64,000 nucleotides of DNA from Octopus bimaculoides (taxonomy: Eukaryota), in NCBI RefSeq assembly GCF_001194135.2, contig NC_068998.1, forward strand, positions 53,263,186 through 53,327,185. The letters run 5' to 3'. The notes under the pieces were generated by a model, which was not told the DNA's origin, did not search any database, and saw only the letters and a program-made list of their open reading frames with translations. This document shows positions 55,021 through 64,000 of the stretch, one piece after another. Positions within the stretch are counted from its first letter, which is position 1; every line of letters begins with the position of its first letter. The position numbers and the translations under genes are program-made.

Positions 55021-55207
55021 TAATATTATTTTTATTATTATTATTATTATTTTTATTATAATTATTATTTTTATTATTATTATTATTATCATTTTTATTG
55101 TTATTGTTATTGTTATTATTATTATTATTATTGTTATTGTTATTATTGTTATTATTATTGTTATTGTTATTATTGTTATTATTATTGTTGTTATTATTAT
55201 TGTTATT

Positions 55208-55252
<45 letters not shown>

Positions 55253-55288
55253 GTTATTATTATTATTATTATTATTATTGCTATTATT
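55021..55288. repeat. Long (TAT)/(TGT) trinucleotide array, read as (AAT/AAC)n on the minus strand
   Basis: Directly visible; it accounts for the poly-N, poly-I and poly-L ORFs. Confidence 0.97.
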
Positions 55289-55380
55289 CCTCCCCAATTC
55301 GTCGTCTACATCATCGCCCCCATCGTCATCAGTATTATGATTATCATCATCATCGTCATTCTTAATCTAATTATTATTTA

Positions 55381-55702
55381 AGTAACCCCGGTTTTATTGA
55401 AATTACTGAAGTCTGGTATGAGTGGCAGCCTTGCTACCTGCTGCCTAGGGTGCCGTGTTATCTGTTGTCAGCAGCTATCGAATACTCCCTTGATCATTTT
55501 GGACGTGCCTAAGTGGCAATTTTTTGTAACAGTTCGTCTAGGTGACTGTACTCCCATTTCCTTTGAATTCGTCTCCATGCCTTCTGTTACTCTCCCCACG
55601 ACCCCAATATTAATTCGCTCTATTTTCACATTTTTCATTTTCCACCGTCGACCTATCTCGTATTTAAAAAGATTGTATAAGCTTATTTTTCGTCTTCTTT
55701 CT
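55381..55702 (-). mobile_element. 5'-truncated R4/Dong-like non-LTR retrotransposon 3' end (C-terminus of the restriction-like endonuclease ORF plus 3' UTR)
   Basis: An open frame KISLYNLFKYEIGRRWKMKNVKIERINIGVVGRVTEGMETNSKEMGVQSPRRTVTKNCHLGTSKMIKGVFDSC* (stop at 55470-55468) resembles K..KY.DL..EI.R.W.MK.V...PIVIGALG.V......L......QK..LLGTA.I.RKVL*. Confidence 0.78.
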
Positions 55703-55744
55703 TAATTATTCGTTGGTCAGATTGGCAGTCCTATGGTGGTTATT

Positions 55745-55915
55745 TTCTACAGCAGTAGTAGTAGTTTTAGGAGGAGGAGGAGGAGGAGGAGGAGGTGGAG
55801 GAGGGGAAGTTGTTGTTTGCGGAGGTGTCGGCGCTAGCAGTGGTGGCGGTGTAGGTGGTAGTGGTGGCGGGAGTGGCGGTGGCTTTGATGGTATCGGTGG
55901 TATTTGTAGCAGCTA
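55745..55915. repeat. Low-complexity (AGT)/(GGA)/(GGT) triplet tract
   Basis: Directly visible; it explains the Gly-rich ORF at 55713-55916. Confidence 0.85.
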
Positions 55916-56834
55916 ATATCGATATCATTGCTGTAATCACAGGGGCAGTTGTTTAAGTTGTATAAAGCAAATGTTAACTCATGAAACTGAATCTGCTATC
56001 GCCGTTCTAATGTCAACTCGAATCCAACTCTTTTGTGTTTCGTTTATTGTCGCAGGTAGAAGAAATAGAGATACAGTTAGGCGCCAGTAATCCTTGAATA
56101 CGCCTCAGGACATGAGAGATCGATGTCATTGGTGTTTATATTGCATATATGTAGGCTGATGTACAAAAGAAAACATAGAAGAGAAGACAATTCTAGAAAG
56201 GTTCACTGGAAAGTTTAGGTGAAGTGCACCATTATCCCTATGGATTTTTCAGTCATTTTGGTTTTGTAGAAGACACGAGTTCGAACAAAAAATATTACTG
56301 TAACATATTTCATTGGTAAAATAGATTTCAAATTAAAAATCTAGGAAAAAACATACAGGAAATATGTCGCTTATTTTGTATTATTAATTGTAGTTTTGAT
56401 TGTACCTAAAACGTCGTGAGTGTCAGGTTTGAAAGGCATGCAAATACTAGGAAAAATTTTCAATTATAATTATATTATAATGTTAGAAATTAAAAACAGT
56501 GCGTTGTATTATCTTCTTTATATGCCACTTGGTGCGTATGAGTGCATCGCTGCACATCGTTTGAGAACCACTGGCAGATATTTCTGACAGGAAAACAGTA
56601 GGATAACGATAGAATTCTATATGTAACTATGAATGAGCAAGTGAGAGTTGGTTGCTAGTTATGATATGCAGAGCCTGTTGTAGTAATGTTAGAGTTATAA
56701 CGAATAAGAGGGACAGCGAGAGAGAGAGAGAGACAGAGAGGAAAGAACGAAAGAAGGAAAGAAAGAGATGTAAATTAGTACAGTATAAATTTAGAGAAAG
56801 CGCTTCTTTTTCTATGGTAACTTGTTTCATTTTT

Positions 56835-57310
56835 GTTATTTTCTTTAGTTTTTCTTTACGAGCTTCATCTCGCGAGCTGCGGCCATGCTATGGCCCGGCC
56901 TTTGGCCCGGCTACAATTTCAATCGACCTCCTTTAATATGTGGCAAGAGGGAATTTGATGTAATTTCCTTCATCTACGTGTCTTGCTGCGAGAGAGGTTC
57001 TTCTCAAGGAGTCTTGACAAAAAGCCATTCAGCTTTGTTTTGTCTTTCAGGACTTTTGGGGAGATATTGAAGAGCTGTGAGCCCTGAAACCTAAGATGCT
57101 GCTGTATCTAATCCTGAATCCTCATGCCAATGATGGTATTTTTGGAACTTTGCATCTCGTTCTGTTGTTTGTGTCACTTTCAATGCCAAAGTTCGGTACA
57201 AGTTCTAGGGTTTTCCAGATGTATGTCACTGCATATCTTTCCCGACTTCGCAGAATGGGATTGTCTCAGCGCAAAGCGTTTCTTCCGTTTAGAATGATTC
57301 AGGCACACGC
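56835..57310 (-). mobile_element. CR1-clade LINE 3' end with 3' UTR and A-rich tail
   Basis: RSRERYAVTYIWKTLELVPNFGIESDTNNRTRCKVPKIPS...LGFR..QLFNI matches the CR1 C-terminus (RRRERY..IY.WK.LEG.VPN). It ends in agcatggccgcagctc...taaagaaaaactaaagaaaata. Confidence 0.85.
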
Positions 57311-58393
57311 AGCACTTGATTTTTAATATTCCTATTACGTCTCACGTCTTATGTTTAGCCATAGGAAAAACAAAAGCCAAATCGCTCTTTCAAAAATTCC
57401 ATGATTGAATGAAGTTGTGTGTCAGCGTAAAGTGGTAAACTTGTTGAACAGCCGTTTCAGGAGTCACATACCATTGCATCATCCTTTGAAAACGTATGTA
57501 GTTCCCAAGCAGTAATGAAATGCCACATCCTTGCTATTCATGTTTAAGTAGGACAGTAAATTACTCGAACTCAATTCTCTGGCGTATCTGTCTGTCTATC
57601 TCTGTCCCTCCCCCCTCTCTCTCTATCCTCATTTCTGGTGTTTGCACGCACACGCATATACATTTGTATACGTATACATGTACGTATGCATGTATTTTCG
57701 TACTGTTACACTTTGCATGTCTCCATTCAGAGACTTTTTCTCCATACACCAGATATTGGCAAGGTAGTGGCGTATTTCCTTTTTACTGATGCTGTCCGAG
57801 GGAATTCTAAATTTCCGTTCATCTTAACATGTGCCGTGAAATGCGTTGGTATCAGACCATAAAGAGCAAAAATAGGTGACGCAAAACCTTACGTCCCGCG
57901 TTTAACCTAACCAGAAAAGTGTATGTAATATAATTGACCAGAGAAGAATTTGAACTCATAGTATTAAAAAGCAGATCAAGTAGTGTAAGTCATTGTACTC
58001 ACATTGAAACGACTCATATGTTTCGCCATATATTCATATGTACAATATAAAGCTTATTATTCCATGTAATGTTAGAAAAATGAAAGCATTTTTGCTCTTG
58101 TCTTCAGATCACGCATTTTCATTACTATGTTCATGAATATATACTTTCGTGCCTAAGTAGAAACTATTATTATTACGGTTTGTTTATGAGCTTCAAAGGG
58201 TCTTGCATAATGATACCTTTTTTATTGAACCGTATTATGTATTTTATGCTGCTATTGAAATTGTTAGAACTATGGTAACAACCTAATGACAGAAGTTAGT
58301 ATCGAAGCCAAACCTCTTTGTTTTCTGTAGTTTTCGTTTATAATACTAATAGATAATGGAACAATGGAACCAATGTAATTATTAAAAAAATAT

Positions 58394-58412
58394 GGATATA
58401 TATATATATATT

Positions 58413-58480
<68 letters not shown>
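58394..58480. repeat. Interrupted (TA)n microsatellite
   Basis: Directly visible in the sequence. Confidence 0.95.
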
Positions 58481-58485
<5 letters not shown>

Positions 58486-61183
58486 GTATGCACTCGACTA
58501 AAAGAGCGACCAGATTTGAAACAACAGCATTTGAAAGGCCAACATTAATGGTAACTAGCTCAAGCAACATATAAGTATTCTCTGGACATAATTTTAGAGA
58601 TGTAAGAGAATGTACACAAATGTCGATATAAATCTCCAAAGAGATGAAGGAAGTCTGCATAATGTATGAAGTAGAGAGGTACGGAGATAGGTAGAGTGAC
58701 AGAAACAAAGAGAGAGAGAGAGACAAAGAGAGAGGGAGAGACAGACAGACAGACAGACAGAGAATTAGAAATTGAGCAAACTGCAATTTAAACAGAAAAG
58801 GATCTACATCAAATGAACATTGATTTTGCTACAAAGGCGAAATTTGGTTGATTCCCTCAAAGATGGAGACACCGGCACATTATGTATGACAGTTTTGATT
58901 GTAGCACCCATAACGGAAGAGCATGCCACTGAGGTTAAACTAGTTTTCTGAATGAAGGAAAGAAACTCTGTCAAGTCAGATTCTGTTTGTAGTACTAGAT
59001 TGAATGCCCGACATTATTTAGTGTTTAGTTGCAATCACAGATATTCAGAATACATATACTCACCACGTTTGATTCGCTCTTACATATTTAAACGATCAAA
59101 ACGTCTTCTCATCTTCTGAAAATTGTTCAATCAATGCCAGAAACATGATTGATATTCAGAACAAAATAAATCATTTATAAGCCCTACAGGTAGCAGTATG
59201 ATAGCTGCACAAAGGTTTACAAAGAGGGCATTCATTACATTCTTCGATGGAACAGTTATGTTTACACGAACTTCAGGAGCTTGTGTTACAGGGAACACTA
59301 ACATTAGCTAAAATGAATAATGATAGATTTCATATTTTTATCAGACATGAGTTTTTGAATAATCTTCAAAATACCACTACAAAGAGATGATGTCTATAAG
59401 ATGGTTGTCCCCTTACTCGAAAAATATGAGCAAAACTTGCTGATGATTAGGGGTGTTTGTATTTATTGTATAGTGAACCAATTTTGTTTATTTGTGGGAT
59501 ATTAAATTTTACATAATTCATAATACTAGATATAACGGTGTTCAAACGGTAATACATCAAGTAACTCTTAGTTGGAAGCTCAGTTGATTTCGCTGGTTGT
59601 CCAAATTTTAAATCGTTGCTTACAGTGCTCGTTAACAGGAACGCCTCAGTTCATAATCTCTTTTCAATTTTTCAGCTCTATGAAGGAAAATTTTAATGTA
59701 TATTAAGTGATAGTATAAATGCAAATAAATAGATTCTTTTGTATTATAATTATTCTAATGCGTCAATAGCGACGTTAAGTACATTCTCACAACAGGTCGG
59801 TCAACTTAATCAAGAAAGAATTGGCAAGATTAATGATTAAAATCAACCAGACCAGAGCTTCGAGATTCACATCCTCTTTCTGATTATTGTTGCTCCTTTG
59901 AGAACATGCCAATAAGTTCTTATCTCGAATAGGATCAATCCGCCTGTTAACTGAAGCAATAGTGAGATTCGATTCTCTGTCATTATGCAATTATAGTCTA
60001 ACAGTCATAGTCGCTGGTAGCTATAGAAACCCAAGCCACTTGTAAAGCTATCCAAAACATCTGACACATGGTAGGACAAGCAGATGAAATATCTGAATAA
60101 TACAGTACGAAGCAAACGAATTTCTTTGCTACTCATCAATTTATCTTTCTAAACTGCATTCATCAACATTTTATAATTCCGTTTCAAGTTTCCAGCTGAA
60201 TCAGTAAGAATTTTACAAACATTAATATATTTCTGATAAAGTGAGTATTTTAGTTTAGCATCTCAGAGATAACATACTTTCACGATCGAAATTTAAATGT
60301 TTTGTAAATTGCGTAGATTGTCATCCATATAGTAAATCTACTTTTGCACGTACGATAATTTATTTATTATTTCAGTCTACAATATCGTACATTGAAAATA
60401 ACAATTGTGAAGACATTACGGTGTAATAAGCAGACAGGTAATGGGTAGATACAAGATAAAATAATACGAATTTAGCTGCTTCTTGATAATTTTACAACTC
60501 CATAGGTTGGCTCTAGCTTATAGATAGAACACAAAATTCTTGTAAAATATCTATTTTAATTAAAAAGTAATTAATTAGCTCTTTAGTTAAGTTCAACAAC
60601 TGCACGAATATAAAATTGCACTCATAATGCCACTAGAGTGTAGTAACGGTTTGTTATGAAATAAGTGTTAGTTCTGAAAACTAATGCCTAGGTCCTGAAA
60701 CAAGAGAATATTGGAAGTAAAAAAACGCTAATGAATGTAAAAGACAGTCTGCAGAAACCTTGACAATGTTGATATCAATAATCCTAATGACCTGAAGTCA
60801 AACAATCAATTTTCAAGAATTAAACTATTTGCTATAATATTTCAAAATTCCAATCGTTTTCCTTTAGCTATTTATGGAATTTAATGCTAAAAGTGGATAT
60901 GATTTATGTGTATGACCTGCAGGGAAATGGTGGAACAATATATTATCTTAGTAGCTGCTTAAATAATTACAGAAGCGTGATACTTTATCAACTGGAAGTA
61001 ATTGCTAGACAATGCAACACTGTCTGATTGTGTTCAGTTTAGAAATTTGAAAATTAATATCAAGATAGTGAAAGAGATTTTAATCTAGAATTAATCCAAC
61101 GGTTCATTAAATAAAACGTAAAGCTTATCTCAATTTCGTCATTGTGAGGGGAGATCCAAATTACTCTCTAACGTTGTCCGCTA

Positions 61184-61205
61184 TCTCTCTCTGTCTGTCT
61201 CTCTC

Positions 61206-61284
<79 letters not shown>
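61184..61284. repeat. (TC)n microsatellite
   Basis: Directly visible in the sequence. Confidence 0.95.
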
Positions 61285-61285
<1 letters not shown>

Positions 61286-61911
61286 ACGTGATTTAATTTG
61301 TTTTTCTTGGTATTTCATGCTTTTCTTGTAAGAAGTTATGATTCAACTAAAACTAAATCAAGTATAATATTAGTTTCTAGAATGGGTGAATGACGAGTAA
61401 TACGAAATAATTTCTCACTGAACCAAGACTTCAACCTGGTTGAAGTCATTTCACTTCATACACGCAACATATACGATTGAGAAATATATGAAAAGCAGAA
61501 TATTTTATTTCCTGACACTATGAAACATGTCATCATGTGACAAATAATAGCGAAAAATTTAATAATATGAAATGATATTTAATTAACTCTACCATACACG
61601 TTGATAATCTGAAGCAATATAGTTTACAGTACAATGCATGACATAGATTATAATTGGATTAACGAATTACAAAAGTTTGATAATTTAGAAAATATTACAG
61701 CTGTAAATGCTTTGAAAAAGAAAAAAAAAGAAACATTGCTCTTTATTGTAAATTTAATTTCTTGCTTTAAAAATGTATAATAAATAATTTATGACGTTCA
61801 TTGAAGTGACTTCAGTTAAAACTGTGAACGTATTTTATTCAATTAACCGGTTTAAACAGCAAAAGTAATCTCTCTTCAATCAAGCATGTGACTTCAAAAC
61901 ATAGAAGTATG

Positions 61912-62129
61912 CACGAGGTAGTATCAAAATGTTCCAGGAATAGTTCTGTAGCGCGCCGACAGATGGTACTACACGATTGCGTGCGTAGTGAGGGCTAGCA
62001 GTGACCTTCATGAGGCAATGTGCCGAAGGACATTACTGTGTTTCATTTGCAAGTTGTAAAATTTATGTTTTTATGATCAAATCTATCCTGTACTCTGCGA
62101 TTTTGTTATGGACAGGAAGTTGGAGCAAA
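61912..62129 (+). mobile_element. Mariner 5' end: TIR, 5' UTR and the first codons of transposase (MDRKLEQ)
   Basis: 61912-61949 matches the 3' TIR at 6944-6981 (28 of 38 positions, inverted). An ATG at 62108 reads MDRKLEQ, the typical mariner start before RANVKF, and similarity then stops abruptly. Confidence 0.82.
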
Positions 62130-63376
62130 ACTGCTAGATAATTACCATATTATAGTGTTGCACCCTCAATATTTGTGCATAAATCTACGGTCAATATAAA
62201 ATTTGTAAACGAAAGCAACGCCTAAACATTACCGGCTACTATTTATAGATAATTTATATTAAAACTATGTACACTAAAGTTGTAATTACTATTAGGATAA
62301 TATGTTTCATCTCAAATGTAATTTTATAAATTATTATAAAACTTTCAACGATATATTTATGAGAAATGTAGTTAATTGAATTTATACTAAAATACAAATA
62401 TATTGCCACGTATAGAAGACTTAACGTCCATCTACACCATTTAATTAAAGTAGTATATTATATTGAACAATATTATATATATATTTCATCACTATTATAT
62501 CTACTAACCATGTTTTAACGCTTATTATCAATGATGATTAGATTTAATGCTAGTTTCTAAGAGTCCATTTACATGCATGAACACATGAAGAACCACTCTC
62601 TATTTTAGCATTTAAGTGACGTCTCCAAGAATATAAGATCAAAAATAATTCTTTTAGAGAAAGCAAAATTATTTCCGACGCTTATAAGTTGGTTCCTTGT
62701 TTATAATCTCCCACTCTACAGAAAAAAACCCAAAGTGGACGTACGCCGCTATATGTATATGAAAATGAATACAAAAACGGGACAAAGAAAAACATCCAAA
62801 CAGTTAGATGATAGAAAAAAGGGACAAGAAAAAACAAGGACGGGTCATTCAGAGTTTTCTTTCTTCCGTCGAGTTCAAGATTAGATTTGCAGTTTAGGCT
62901 GGTTATACTCGGGACTGCTCCAATGCTCCAATCTGGCCAACCCCAATCTAAGAGCACTAGATTACTTGGAAGAAAGCAGCAAATGTACACGAGAACAAGG
63001 ACGGAAGAAAGAAACGCAGAAATGGTACACAAATACAGATGCAAACAACAGGACATACACAATAGGTGTTTTTCAAGTAAGGACGAATTAAATTAAGCTG
63101 GTGTGTGTGGAAGTGAAGCCTTACGTCAGGGACATAATAGATGACACGAATTGGAAGGAATATAGATGTTGCACGGATGGTAGTTGAACCAATAAACAAA
63201 GGTCAGGCTTGGCTGAACATTGTTCACGTAGATGGGGAGAGGTAGACATATATGTGTATTTGTAAAACACCGTTTTGATCGAAACTAGAAAACTCACACT
63301 TAAAATAAAAATTCAATACTATTCAACACAGCACCAGGCAGTTTTCGGAGTGAACAACTTACCTACACTTTCATAC

Positions 63377-63436
63377 CTGTCGTCTAGCCATATAACAATT
63401 CCCCCCATTACAAACTACTGGTCTACGCTCTTGTGC
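63377..63436 (-). CDS. Candidate 60-nt internal coding exon (phase 0/0), AQERRPVVCNGGNCYMARRQ, product unknown
   Basis: It has the acceptor gatttcttccttag|G and the donor CAG|gtatga. Only one frame is open and the length is a multiple of 3. I recognise no homology, so the support is splice signals only. Confidence 0.3.
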
Positions 63437-63835
63437 CTAAGGAAGAAATCAATATTGAATATCTATCATTATATATGAAGCACGAACGTTTCTAACTTAG
63501 CGTCTACAATATATGGAAGTTAGTTTATAACATCAGTTTCAAGATGGACATCATGAAACTGAATTCCATGAGATAACTTTGAAGTTTTATGAGGTTTCTC
63601 TCATTTCATTCATTTTTATTAATATATTGGAAATGATTCAACTTAAAACTTATAAGAGCATCAAAAACGGCCAGTGTCAATATATTACGCAACAAGCAAT
63701 TTGCATTTGGTGTTTGTTGCTTATCAAATAGCCATATTTTGCAATACTGAGTTTTAATGCATATCGGTCTTCTTAATACGAACCTCTATATTACCTATTA
63801 TCTGTTATTTTATGCTCATACATCACCGGCTTTCA

Positions 63836-63875
<40 letters not shown>

Positions 63876-63914
63876 ATATTCACATATGTCCGTGTATATA
63901 CAGTTATATATGTG

Positions 63915-63965
<51 letters not shown>
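63836..63965. repeat. (CA)n and (TA)n microsatellites
   Basis: Directly visible in the sequence. Confidence 0.95.
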
Positions 63966-63970
<5 letters not shown>

Positions 63971-64000
63971 TGTACAGACACACTCTGTATAATATATATA

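Noticed and set aside
59230-59440. Frameshifted protein-like text (MEQLCLHELQELV.../IPLQRDDVYKMVVPLLEKYEQ)
   Set aside because: I recognise no motif and cannot distinguish it from chance.
62740-63240. Purine-skewed block that resembles a recalled octopus interspersed repeat
   Set aside because: There is no second copy or diagnostic motif within the window. It needs a repeat-library search.

Overview
This is AT-rich, microsatellite-dense animal genomic DNA with ten assembly gaps. The SINE families and repeat texture suggest a coleoid cephalopod, most likely Octopus; this is inferred from recalled repeat families, not from a search. I could not identify an intact protein-coding gene, rRNA, tRNA gene or CRISPR array. 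Most ORFs in the supplied track are artefacts of (CA)n, (TA)n or (AAT)n repeats and N-runs. The recognisable content is decayed transposable elements: mariner and Tc1 remnants, RTE, CR1, R4/Dong-like and Penelope-like retroelement fragments, a probable Helentron-type non-autonomous element, and about 14 copies or fragments of tRNA-derived SINEs. A few splice-signal-bounded segments could be exons of a large-intron host gene; the best is 63377-63436 on the minus strand. Two observations stand out. First, two halves of one mariner family join in frame at a single nucleotide (62129 to 6323) but lie about 56 kb apart in permuted order. Second, an inverted SINE pair (42811-42918 and 44488-44595) shares about 10 private substitutions, which suggests gene conversion or a double-stranded RNA stem. 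I found no convincing new gene-level system.
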